A DNA stretch of 64,000 nt, from assembly GCA_964620245.1 (NCBI GenBank), contig CAZUJC010000001.1, positions 436 to 64,435 on the forward strand, read 5' to 3'. The DNA is from an uncultured Pseudomonadota bacterium. Its GTDB lineage: Bacteria > Babelota > Babeliae > Babelales > JACPOV01. Positions 45,324 to 53,795 of the stretch are shown here, one piece after another. The translations under genes and the position numbers were made by a program. The notes below the pieces were generated by a model, which made no database searches, was not told where the DNA came from, and worked only from the letters and a program-made list of their open reading frames with translations. The stretch's first letter is position 1. Each line of letters begins with the position of its first letter.

Positions 45324-45661
45324 GGCAATCTAGACAATCGCTTGCTGTTTTAACCAGATGAGCAAGAGGAAAGTCCGGACTCCAAAACGAGAAAAGCACC
45401 TTAGAAATTAAGGGGGGCGCAAGCCCATGGAAAGTGCCACAGAAAAAAACCGCCTGTAATAGGGTAAGGGTGAAAATGTGCGGTAAGAGCGCACACGTGT
45501 TATTAGCAATAATAGCACTGGGGCAAACCCTGCTTGGAGCAAGACAAAATAGGCACGAACGGTTTTCGTTCCGGTTATTACGTGCGGGTATGTCGCCTAG
45601 AGAAATGGTTGTCATGTGGATATTTTATATCCGCAACAGAATCCGGCTTATTGATCGCCTT
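45322..45661 (+). ncRNA. rnpB: RNase P RNA, bacterial type A
   Basis: Universal elements are present: GAGGAAAGTCCGGAC (45366-45380), ACAGAAAAAACCGCC, GGGTAAGGGTGAAA, GTGCGGTAAGAGCGCAC, GGGCAAACCC and ACAGAATCCGGCTTA (45636-45650). P1 forms by pairing AAGGCAATC (45322-45330) with GATCGCCTT (45653-45661). The ends are approximate to a few nt. Confidence 0.92.
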
Positions 45662-45691
45662 AAGTGGACCTTTTCTATCCAAGTGCTTCCT

Positions 45692-46390
45692 GTGAAAATC
45701 AAATCATTTTTATGGACGTTTCCCTTTCTCTTTTTCATTCTGGGCTATACAACACTTTCATTTTTACGCGGTCAACAACAACTAGCTGCTCCAGCTCTCA
45801 TCGGCCAAACAGTTGCCAACGCAACGCTGATTTTGGCACAGCACCATCTTAATTTTCGTATACTTGCCCAAAAAGAAGACAACGATCTTCCGCATGGAAC
45901 TATTTTGAGCCAACTACCATCTGCTGGTAAATTAATGCGGCTCAATCAATCTGTTTTTTGTGTTATTTCAAAAAAAACTAGCTCCATTCCAGCACCAAAT
46001 TGTGTTGGTATTTCTCTTGCAAGCGCTCAAAGTTGTTGCGCTGCTCTTTCAATTACTCCACATATCTATTATGTTCCTAGTTTTTTACCTGCAAATATAT
46101 GCATTGCTCAATCACCTGATTTTGGAGAATCAATAAATGACCGATCAATTATGTTGTATTGTGCTGCACCAAGTTCTTCATTAATGATTATACCTTCATT
46201 CATTGGAGTATCGGTCAATGATGCACTTTCTGCTCTTGAGTTGTATCAAATTAAACCGCTTGTTATGCATGCAAAAAATCATGCACTTTCTGGTACAAAA
46301 AATAAATACACCATAGTCGAACAAAAACCTCTTGCTGGATCGATTTTAGATATTAATAGTCTGCACACCATGCAATTCTTGGTTGAATAA
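45692..46390 (+). CDS. Membrane-anchored protein with three PASTA domains and no catalytic domain
   Basis: After an N-terminal TM (FLWTFPFLFFILGYTTLSF) come three roughly 65-aa PASTA-like units (APALIGQTVANATLIL...GTILSQLPSAGKLMRLNQSVFCVISK; PAPNCVGISLASAQSC...CIAQSPDFGESI; IPSFIGVSVNDALSAL...IVEQKPLAGSIL). The start is GTG 45692 or 45683. The ORF-track start at 45434 lies inside rnpB. Confidence 0.6.
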   Translation: MKIKSFLWTFPFLFFILGYTTLSFLRGQQQLAAPALIGQTVANATLILAQHHLNFRILAQKEDNDLPHGTILSQLPSAGKLMRLNQSVFCVISKKTSSIPAPNCVGISLASAQSCCAALSITPHIYYVPSFLPANICIAQSPDFGESINDRSIMLYCAAPSSSLMIIPSFIGVSVNDALSALELYQIKPLVMHAKNHALSGTKNKYTIVEQKPLAGSILDINSLHTMQFLVE

Positions 46391-46484
46391 CCGACTCTAT
46401 GTGCTATACTATTTTTTGTTCTTATCAGAAGGTCTGGTACAACAATAAAATTCACGTATTCATTTATTTTTCCAAGGAGATCGT

Positions 46485-46919
46485 ATGAAAAATAATTTCT
46501 TAATTATTGCTCTTGCTTTAATGAGCAATGGAGTTCGCGCTGAAAATGCACCTTCAATGAACATTGAAAATATAGCTCCCGAAGAAGTAAAATCTATTCA
46601 AGTTAATATGTCAGTTCAAATGCAAGATGATTGTAGCCCAGAAACTCGCGCAGAATGCGTTCGCTGCACACAAGAATGCTTGAGAATGTGCCAAGAATGT
46701 TCCGATCGTCAAATGACAATGGATCTTATTTTGGATACAATGCGTAAATTGATGACATTCGCTTCACAAGATAACAAAATGCAAGTTCAAGTTTTCTTTA
46801 GTATGTCAAATGCAAATCCAATGGAAGAACAATCAGCTGCTCCTGAAATGTGCGCCGATGATGTGTGTCCAGCATGTCCCGAAATGCCAGCTATGCCTGA
46901 AATGGAACCACAAGTATAA
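46485..46919 (+). CDS. Secreted Cys- and Met-rich protein (possible periplasmic metal binder)
   Basis: Signal peptide MKNNFLIIALALMSNGVRA/EN, a Cys cluster CSPETRAECVRCTQECLRMCQECS, and the C-terminal PEMCADDVCPACPEMPAMPEMEPQV. AAGGAGA SD upstream. Confidence 0.6.
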   Translation: MKNNFLIIALALMSNGVRAENAPSMNIENIAPEEVKSIQVNMSVQMQDDCSPETRAECVRCTQECLRMCQECSDRQMTMDLILDTMRKLMTFASQDNKMQVQVFFSMSNANPMEEQSAAPEMCADDVCPACPEMPAMPEMEPQV

Positions 46920-46947
46920 TACTTAAAAAAACACAATACACATAAAA

Positions 46948-46977
46948 AGAGGGCAGTATAGCTGCCCTCTTTTATTT
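46948..46977 (+). terminator. Rho-independent terminator
   Basis: AGAGGGCAG (46948-46956) pairs with CTGCCCTCT (46962-46970) around a 5-nt loop, followed by TTTATTT. It lies 29 nt after the stop at 46919. Confidence 0.7.
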
Positions 46978-46994
46978 AACAGAAAGGATATTTT

Positions 46995-47582
46995 ATGAAA
47001 TTGTCAGCACTATTATTTCCAATTTTTTTGCTAGCTCCTGCAGTACATGGAATCCAAATGCCACCAATAAAAGGGATCCCATTTGGAGGCATGCCTCAAC
47101 AGCAACCACAAGGGGTGCCAATAATTGAAGCTGGAATAAGCACTCTCCCTTTTCCAGATGAATATCCTCTGTCTGTGCTCGACAAAATAAATAGTATCGA
47201 TCCAAAATCGGCCGAGAAATTAGTAGATGCGTTAATTCTTTTTTGTAAGGAAAATAAACTCACCATTCCTGCAGAAATGCTTACTGAAGCTGAAAATTCA
47301 CTTCGGCAATTAAAAGTGTACGAACCTAATAATTCTGCTCAAAGAAAACAATTAGAATTATTAAAAATAATTAACTCTAATGATGCACTCGCAAAACTTT
47401 TTTTTGGAACTGAGTCGGAACTATTAAAAAAAATAGCTTTGGACACAATAACTAAAAATGAAAATTTACTAAAAGCTGTCGAAGAAAAACAAACCCCAGC
47501 ACAAATGAAATTATGCAATTTGGGAGATTATGCATTAAAAAGAATACAAGAAGAAGGATTGGTCGAAGAAGAGAATTTATAA
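46995..47582 (+). CDS. Secreted hypothetical protein
   Basis: 195 aa with signal peptide MKLSALLFPIFLLAPAVHG, a Pro/Gln/Gly-rich N-terminal stretch, a helical remainder and an acidic C-terminus. Confidence 0.55.
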   Translation: MKLSALLFPIFLLAPAVHGIQMPPIKGIPFGGMPQQQPQGVPIIEAGISTLPFPDEYPLSVLDKINSIDPKSAEKLVDALILFCKENKLTIPAEMLTEAENSLRQLKVYEPNNSAQRKQLELLKIINSNDALAKLFFGTESELLKKIALDTITKNENLLKAVEEKQTPAQMKLCNLGDYALKRIQEEGLVEEENL

Positions 47583-48587
47583 TTATTTAATAACACATTC
47601 TTGCTCCAATGGCCGATTCATCAAATCGGCCAGGAGCGTCTCAATTTTTTTTCCACGCATAATAACTTCGAACACACCCCTGCACACGGGCAAATCAAGA
47701 GAAAATTGTTCGATCAATTGATGTACCGAAATTGCAGTATTAACACCTTCTGGAATGTAGCCAGTTTCATGTAATATAGTTTCAAGTGTTTGACCTGCGC
47801 CAATTCGTTTGCCAACTTCACGATTTCTGCTTCGTGCTCCCATGGCGGTCAAGACCACATCACCTACGCCTGATAATCCATAAATCGATTCAGGCCTGCC
47901 ACCACGAAATTGAGATACAATCATCATCTCATGCAAACCGCGTGTCAACACAAATGCTTTGACATTGTCACGGTAACCTGCACCATCGAGCATACCAATT
48001 GCCAATGCAATTACATTTTTGAGAGCACCACCAATTTGCACACCGATTACATCAAGCGATAAATAGGGCCGAAAAAAATTATTTGCCAAAAGTTTTTGCA
48101 CCATCAATCCAAATTCGCAATCGCTTGCCGCCAACGTAACACCGGTAATTTGCTCCATCGCAATATCGTGCGCAAAACTTGGTCCAACCAGCACCGCTTT
48201 ATGAGCACTTTTACCAATTACTTCATCAATTAATTGTGTAGGAAGCAAAAGAGAATTATTTTCAATTCCTTTGCTCAATACAATCCATTTATGTTCTGAT
48301 CGCACATGCGGTTTACATTTTTCTAAAACAGAACGCATGTATTGCACCGGAACTGCTTCAAAAATAAGTTCACTTTCTGCAAACGCTTTGGCAAAATCGG
48401 TCGTTGGTTTAATTCGTGCACTCAAAATAACTTCGGGTAGATAGCGATTGTTGATGTGGCTTTTTTTGATTTCGTTGCACACATTTTCATCGTAGCACCA
48501 CAAATTTACTTGAATATTATTATACGCAAGCAACGTGGCAACTGCAGTTCCCCAGGCTCCTTCACCAATCATCGTTACTTGTTTCAT
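47583..48587 (-). CDS. gpsA: NAD(P)H-dependent glycerol-3-phosphate dehydrogenase
   Basis: Rossmann loop MIGEGAWGTAVATLLA and GpsA blocks GPSFAHDIA, GALKNVIALAIG and NREVGKRIG. The ATG at 48587 forms an ATGA overlap with the uppS stop and follows AAAGGAA. The ORF-track start at 48608 is less likely. Confidence 0.9.
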   Translation of the reverse strand: MKQVTMIGEGAWGTAVATLLAYNNIQVNLWCYDENVCNEIKKSHINNRYLPEVILSARIKPTTDFAKAFAESELIFEAVPVQYMRSVLEKCKPHVRSEHKWIVLSKGIENNSLLLPTQLIDEVIGKSAHKAVLVGPSFAHDIAMEQITGVTLAASDCEFGLMVQKLLANNFFRPYLSLDVIGVQIGGALKNVIALAIGMLDGAGYRDNVKAFVLTRGLHEMMIVSQFRGGRPESIYGLSGVGDVVLTAMGARSRNREVGKRIGAGQTLETILHETGYIPEGVNTAISVHQLIEQFSLDLPVCRGVFEVIMRGKKIETLLADLMNRPLEQECVIK

Positions 48588-49270
48588 GCGCCGAAATTCC
48601 TTTGACATTGTTCAAAATTGGCATAGGCAGCTTGCAAATGGCCCTGCGTAATTTCTGGCCAAAAACAATCTAAAAAATAGAATTCGCTGTAGGCAGCTTG
48701 ATACAACAAAAAATTACTCATTCGTTTAGCACCACCAGTTCTAATAATAATATCTGGTTCAGGCATACCGGCTGTCCACAAATAATTTTTGAAAGTTTCT
48801 TCAGTGATATCGCTCTCAGACAGTTCACCATTTTTTACTTTAGCAAGTAAAGTCTTCACACCATGCACAATTTCTTGCCGCGCCCCATAACAAAAAAGAA
48901 AATTAACCTGCAAGTGAGTTCCGTTTTCAGTTTTTTGCTCAAGTTGATCGATAATGGTGATCAAATTTTTAGGAAAGAGAGATCGATCACCAATAAATTT
49001 GGCGCGAATACCATTTTTAATAAAATCTTGGGTATATTCCTGTGCTTTCTTGGCAAACAGCTCAAATAAATATGAACGCTCGTTTTCAGATCGCCTCAAA
49101 TTTTCGATTGAAAAAGTATACAATGAAAGATACGGAATTTTTTTGTTTAAGCAAAACTCAATCGCACACTTAACCGCTTGCATACCATTGGAGTGTCCAA
49201 GCCATGGTTGCAGTCCACGTAAACGTGCCCATCTCCGATTGCCATCCATGATAATTGCCAAATGTTTCAT
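48584..49270 (-). CDS. uppS: Undecaprenyl diphosphate synthase
   Basis: HLAIIMDGNRRWA, YLSLYTFSIENLRRS and IRTGGAKRMSNFLLYQAAYSEFYF. The ATG at 49270 follows GAAGGTG. Confidence 0.9.
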   Translation of the reverse strand: MKHLAIIMDGNRRWARLRGLQPWLGHSNGMQAVKCAIEFCLNKKIPYLSLYTFSIENLRRSENERSYLFELFAKKAQEYTQDFIKNGIRAKFIGDRSLFPKNLITIIDQLEQKTENGTHLQVNFLFCYGARQEIVHGVKTLLAKVKNGELSESDITEETFKNYLWTAGMPEPDIIIRTGGAKRMSNFLLYQAAYSEFYFLDCFWPEITQGHLQAAYANFEQCQRNFGA

Positions 49271-49300
49271 ACACACCTTCCCTAAGCTGCATGTCAACAC

Positions 49301-49951
49301 TCAAACAATTGTTTGAGTTCGTGCTGCACGTAAATGAGTTGTAATTTGAGAAAGATAATTCACACCACGATGAATAATAACCATACCAAGTGCGTACACT
49401 CCTCTTTCAATCGGAACAATCGGCATCAAAACCACAAAAGTTTCAGCACTTATCCCAACCCAGTAAAGCCACAAAACAGAACCTACTGCATGGGCGGTGA
49501 ACGTACTGCCAAGTGCGGTCAAAAACAAAGAACGATTTGGCATAAATGCAAGCACCATTGGTATCAACCAAAAAGCACTATACCAAAACGCTTGCCTTCC
49601 CACTGGATGAGCAACGAACAACAACATACACACCAGGGGAACAAATATCTTAAAAAGCCGTTTTCCGGGAATAAAGTAGGTAGATGCACAAATTGTTGGA
49701 ATGTGGTATACTAAAGGAGTGAAAAAAGAACTGCCCATGAAAAAATATCTAATGAACGCTCTTCCTATCAATAGGCTCGCCGCAAGTGGCATACCTAGCC
49801 AGATACTCAACAATGGACCGAAAAAATTAACACCAGAAAAAATCGCAATTTGGGAACCAAAAACGCAATTTACTTTAAACTGACTGACTATTTGTAGTAA
49901 AATAACAGTACCACTCAGAGCACCGATCGCTTTCAAGCATCGATGAAACAT
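49301..49951 (-). CDS. Polytopic membrane protein upstream of uppS, function unknown
   Basis: 216 aa with about 6 TM segments and a TAGGAG SD. It is on the same strand as uppS-gpsA and adjacent to them. I recognise no diagnostic motif. Confidence 0.6.
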   Translation of the reverse strand: MFHRCLKAIGALSGTVILLQIVSQFKVNCVFGSQIAIFSGVNFFGPLLSIWLGMPLAASLLIGRAFIRYFFMGSSFFTPLVYHIPTICASTYFIPGKRLFKIFVPLVCMLLFVAHPVGRQAFWYSAFWLIPMVLAFMPNRSLFLTALGSTFTAHAVGSVLWLYWVGISAETFVVLMPIVPIERGVYALGMVIIHRGVNYLSQITTHLRAARTQTIV

Positions 49952-49974
49952 AACTACTCCTAAGGTATAAAAAA

Positions 49975-50724
49975 ATGAATAAATTAATCAAAACACACTC
50001 ACCTAGTATAACTGATAGAGAAACGGTGGACAACATCGAAACAAAAACCATTCATCGATATCACGCCATTATTTTTGATCTCGATGGCACCATTATTGAC
50101 ACTGAACATATTTGGAAACGAGCTACTAAAGAACTTTTGTACCAACGTGGCATCACTGTTTCGCCTGAACTTGAGATCGAGCTACAGCAAAAATTATGTG
50201 GCCTTGCGCTTCATGAAAGCTGCACATTCATAAAAAATCATTTTTCACTGCCCGATGCTCTTTCAGTACTCGTAAATGAAAAAGCACTTCGCGCTAACAC
50301 TCTTTATGGTGTCGAAGTTAAATTTGTTGAAGGATTTTTGGATTTTTATGCTAAAGTACGTGCAAACAATCTAAAAAGTGGCGTCGCAACAAATGCGCAT
50401 GACGAAACGGTTGCAGTAACTGACCGTGCTCTCGGACTCACAAGCCTTTTCGGGGAACATATTTATCCCATATCACGCGTAAATAATCTGGGCAAACCCG
50501 ATCCTGCAATTTATTTGCACGCTGCTGAAAAACTTGGCGTCAATCCTGAGCATTGTATAGCAATTGAAGATTCTGCCCACGGTCTTGCTGCGGCCAAGAA
50601 AGCTGGCATGCTTTGCATTGGAATCAATACCGCAAAAGATCGCACTCGATTAACCCAAGCGCATCATGTTATTGAAACGTATCAAGAACTCAATTTGGAT
50701 GAGCTCCTCAAACATTTGGTTTAA
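49975..50724 (+). CDS. HAD-superfamily hydrolase (beta-phosphoglucomutase-like subfamily IA)
   Basis: Motif I AIIFDLDGTIIDTE, motif II GVATNA, and motifs III/IV GKPDP...AIEDSAHGLAAAKKAGM. Confidence 0.8.
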   Translation: MNKLIKTHSPSITDRETVDNIETKTIHRYHAIIFDLDGTIIDTEHIWKRATKELLYQRGITVSPELEIELQQKLCGLALHESCTFIKNHFSLPDALSVLVNEKALRANTLYGVEVKFVEGFLDFYAKVRANNLKSGVATNAHDETVAVTDRALGLTSLFGEHIYPISRVNNLGKPDPAIYLHAAEKLGVNPEHCIAIEDSAHGLAAAKKAGMLCIGINTAKDRTRLTQAHHVIETYQELNLDELLKHLV

Positions 50725-51346
50725 TTTGAGTTACCTTTTGCACTGCTTGCCCAATATCGTCTGTCACCATCAAAATATTACACAAATCTGATCGAATGAA
50801 TTTTTCTTTGCATCCAACCGCAAACCATTCAAGCATAGAACTCCAATAAGCAGACCCAACAAGTACCACCGGTGAGCGCTTAACCAATCCAATCTTCATC
50901 ATATTGAGCGTTTCTGCACATTCATCAAGTGTACCAATTCCTCCTGGAAAAATAATAAAACCACTCGAATAGTGAATTAGTAATTTTTTTCGCGCTGCAA
51001 ACGAAGGAACAAAAATTGTGTTGTACCCGCACGCTGATTTGAATGTTTCATCAATTTTTTCCACACCTATTCCTAGCACTCGATTTGTGCTTCCCTGTGC
51101 TGCAGCGCCACACAATATCGCTTCCATAATACCTGGACCACCACCTGAAACTACTGCCACATTGTTCTGTGCCAATAATTTTCCACACGCCAATGCTTGC
51201 TGATAAAAAAACGAATCGTGTTCAGCATGTGTTCCGCCAAAAACAGTAATGATTGGTACGGAAAATCGCCACAACCGCCAGCGAGCATGAACATAAGAAA
51301 ATTCACTCACTCGTTTTTCCTTTTTTTTCACGCTCCATTCTTTCAC
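50708..51346 (-). CDS. LOG-family (TIGR00730-like) nucleotide N-glycosidase/phosphoribohydrolase, paralog 2
   Basis: VVSGGGPGIMEA and IIFPGGIGTLDECAE motifs. GTG start (51346 or 51331) overlapping the upstream paralog. Confidence 0.8.
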   Translation of the reverse strand: MKEWSVKKKEKRVSEFSYVHARWRLWRFSVPIITVFGGTHAEHDSFFYQQALACGKLLAQNNVAVVSGGGPGIMEAILCGAAAQGSTNRVLGIGVEKIDETFKSACGYNTIFVPSFAARKKLLIHYSSGFIIFPGGIGTLDECAETLNMMKIGLVKRSPVVLVGSAYWSSMLEWFAVGCKEKFIRSDLCNILMVTDDIGQAVQKVTQIKPNV

Positions 51347-52025
51347 ATTCGTCGCAGCAATGCTTTAACAGCTCAACAGCTAGGTCAATATCATCGGTCA
51401 CTTTAATGAGCTGCATTTCGCTTTCAGTTACCAAGTTTTCTCTAACCGCATACTCTCCCAGCCATTCAAGTAACGGTCGCCAGTACGCCGACCCAATTAA
51501 AATAATTGGTGCACTCGGCAATTTTTTTGTTTGCATAAGAGTAAGCACTTCAGATAATTCTTCCAACGTACCAAAACCTCCAGGAAATACCGCAAACGCA
51601 ACCGAATAATTAATCATTAACCATTTTCGCGCAAAGAAATAATCGGTAACAATATAATCGTCCAACACACATTGATTGATTTTTTCATCTCCCAAACCAC
51701 TCACCGTAATGCCAAGAGTCCGTGCACGAGTATTATTTTTCTTAATCACCTCAAATGCACCACAATTTGCCGCTTGCATTATTCCCGGACCGCCACCCGT
51801 GATTACCGAAATATGTCGTTCCACTAGTTTGTGTGCAAGCTCGTGGGCTTGACGCGCATATATCGTTTCTTGTCCCAAACGGGATCCGCCAAAGATCGTC
51901 ACAATTGGGTGCGGTAATTTGGAGATTTTCCATACACCAAAGACAAGCTGTGCTGTTGTTCTGATAGCCGCTTTAAAAAGGATGCCATACGTGTAAAAAA
52001 AACGTTTTGCCGCTTCAAAAGCCAT
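51303..52025 (-). CDS. LOG-family (TIGR00730-like) nucleotide N-glycosidase/phosphoribohydrolase, paralog 1
   Basis: VITGGGPGIMQA and AVFPGGFGTLEELSE motifs. The ATG at 52025 follows AAAGGAA. The ORF-track ATG at 52046 would overlap the upstream gene. Confidence 0.8.
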   Translation of the reverse strand: MAFEAAKRFFYTYGILFKAAIRTTAQLVFGVWKISKLPHPIVTIFGGSRLGQETIYARQAHELAHKLVERHISVITGGGPGIMQAANCGAFEVIKKNNTRARTLGITVSGLGDEKINQCVLDDYIVTDYFFARKWLMINYSVAFAVFPGGFGTLEELSEVLTLMQTKKLPSAPIILIGSAYWRPLLEWLGEYAVRENLVTESEMQLIKVTDDIDLAVELLKHCCDECERMEREKKGKTSE

Positions 52026-52035
52026 GAGTTTTCCT

Positions 52036-53229
52036 TTAAAGCACATCGATCATGAACAACGATTCCATACCGCTGAAACGCGTTACTGTTTGTTCAAAAC
52101 CTTTGCATGCCATCCACTCAGGTACTACACGCTGTGCATATTCCATAAAAAATTTCAATCCAACACGATATTCTACATTGCCATCCGGATAATTATATTT
52201 TTCGGGAAATGCAATGCCAATGCCAAATAATCGTGGTCCTATAACACCCGAAATATCATCATAAATAAGTTCGGCTGTACCGTTGATTGGTGGTAGGGGA
52301 TTGCGCTCAAATCCTGCCGCATAAATCATTTTAGTGCATAATGGCAGCCATTTTCGCAAAATTTGTGGTGTATTTTTGAGACGTATTAAATTTTTTGGGC
52401 GATTTTTCTCTAACACGTTTTTTGCCCATTCTGCCGTTGTTCCCTTGAGTCCCGCATTCTGATTTTGCACCCAACCACCCATATCAACTGCGTATACAAT
52501 TGGCTTTAAATAAAAATTAACAATATGCCGGACTGGCAATTCAGATAAATATTTTAAAATCAATATCGCCGAATGAGCACTGCCAACAACACCCACTACA
52601 TCATTTGATTTAACCTGTGAAGCTAAAATGGATTTATTCAATGCAAGATCAAGAGGAATTTTTGGTTTATTTTGATAATTTAAATCTTTTGGATGTGATC
52701 CTGTTGCAAGCACCACAAAACGCGCCTGTAACCCATGTAATTGTTTATCTCCAACTGTTTCAACACCAACATTCCATAAATCATTATTGAAATGCAAAGA
52801 GCTCAGTGTTCCTTTAACACTACCAACTCTTTCAAGCAACCCTTTTGTAATCACACGCAACGGTCGAACAATAACATTGAGAGGATACGCTGCTTGTTGA
52901 TCCATTGCTTTCAATTCATCAATCATAGTGGGTGCACATTCACCAAACACCTGGCATGCGGTCAAAAAATCAACATACATTTTTGTTGGTGCATTTCCTG
53001 GCACCGTTTCATAATATTGACCTAATCTACCAACATCAAATTCAGGATCAACCCATACAATTGATTTACGGTCAATGCCTAAATCGAGTAACAACCCAAT
53101 CACCGCGATACCGGCTGGCCCAGCACCAACAACAACCCATTTATTATTTTGCATCTCATTGTTCGCAGTGCAAGTAATAGCTACAATGAACAAGATAATG
53201 ATCACACAATGTTTGAATATATTTTTCAT
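52036..53229 (-). CDS. FAD/NAD(P)-binding oxidoreductase with an N-terminal hydrophobic anchor or signal
   Basis: N-terminal MKNIFKHCVIIILFIVAITC, then the dinucleotide loop WVVVGAGPAGIAVIGLLLD, a second nucleotide-binding-like VVGVVGSAHSAILILKYL, and ATGSHP. AAGGAGAAG SD upstream. Confidence 0.7.
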   Translation of the reverse strand: MKNIFKHCVIIILFIVAITCTANNEMQNNKWVVVGAGPAGIAVIGLLLDLGIDRKSIVWVDPEFDVGRLGQYYETVPGNAPTKMYVDFLTACQVFGECAPTMIDELKAMDQQAAYPLNVIVRPLRVITKGLLERVGSVKGTLSSLHFNNDLWNVGVETVGDKQLHGLQARFVVLATGSHPKDLNYQNKPKIPLDLALNKSILASQVKSNDVVGVVGSAHSAILILKYLSELPVRHIVNFYLKPIVYAVDMGGWVQNQNAGLKGTTAEWAKNVLEKNRPKNLIRLKNTPQILRKWLPLCTKMIYAAGFERNPLPPINGTAELIYDDISGVIGPRLFGIGIAFPEKYNYPDGNVEYRVGLKFFMEYAQRVVPEWMACKGFEQTVTRFSGMESLFMIDVL

Positions 53230-53377
53230 TCACTTCTCCTTTTCAATCATTGTTTTCAATCTACAAAAATATTTTCCAAAAACACAAGATACGCAGATCA
53301 ATTTGGTTGACGAATCATCTTCTATTTCACTAGAGTAAATAAGAAAACGGGATAATAAGATACTAAGGGAGCATTGT

Positions 53378-53773
53378 ATGCACAAATTATCCAGTGATGG
53401 AATTGATATTTTAAATAATTGCATCGATCAATGTGAAAAATGTATTACTGCGTGCCAAGATCTGATTGATAAATGTAGCGCTAACAATGGCCCCGAATGT
53501 GCACAAGCGGTTGGCATATGTGTAAAACAAAATAATTTATGCATCGATGCGTGCATAAAAACAATCGATTGGTGCAAAACACAACTCATGATTGATGAAA
53601 AAAATCGTCATTTGTATCAAGCATGTATTGAAGCATGTCAAAATTGTATCGATCAATGTGAAAGCACAACTGAACAATGTCGCATCGGCCATGAAGAATG
53701 TATCGAAATTTGTTTACGGTGTATTACACAGTGCACAACCACCGCCCAAGCTTGTGATGCAATTCTTGAATAA
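53378..53773 (+). CDS. Cys-rich four-helix-bundle protein (DUF326/Csp-like, putative copper storage)
   Basis: 131 aa with 20 Cys by my count, in heptad-like CxxxC/CxxC arrays (CIDQCEKCITACQDLIDKC, CIDACIKTIDWC, CIEACQNCIDQCES, CIEICLRCITQC). No signal peptide. Confidence 0.7.
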   Translation: MHKLSSDGIDILNNCIDQCEKCITACQDLIDKCSANNGPECAQAVGICVKQNNLCIDACIKTIDWCKTQLMIDEKNRHLYQACIEACQNCIDQCESTTEQCRIGHEECIEICLRCITQCTTTAQACDAILE

Positions 53774-53795
53774 CTTTATTAGCAGTTAATTTATT

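Noticed and set aside
45283-45691. A 110-aa minus-strand ORF and the first roughly 85 codons of the 318-aa plus-strand ORF.
   Set aside because: Both run through the RNase P RNA, which carries all universal motifs. The translated sequences are Arg/Cys/Lys-rich nonsense, and the true PASTA protein most likely starts after the RNA (GTG 45683 or 45692).
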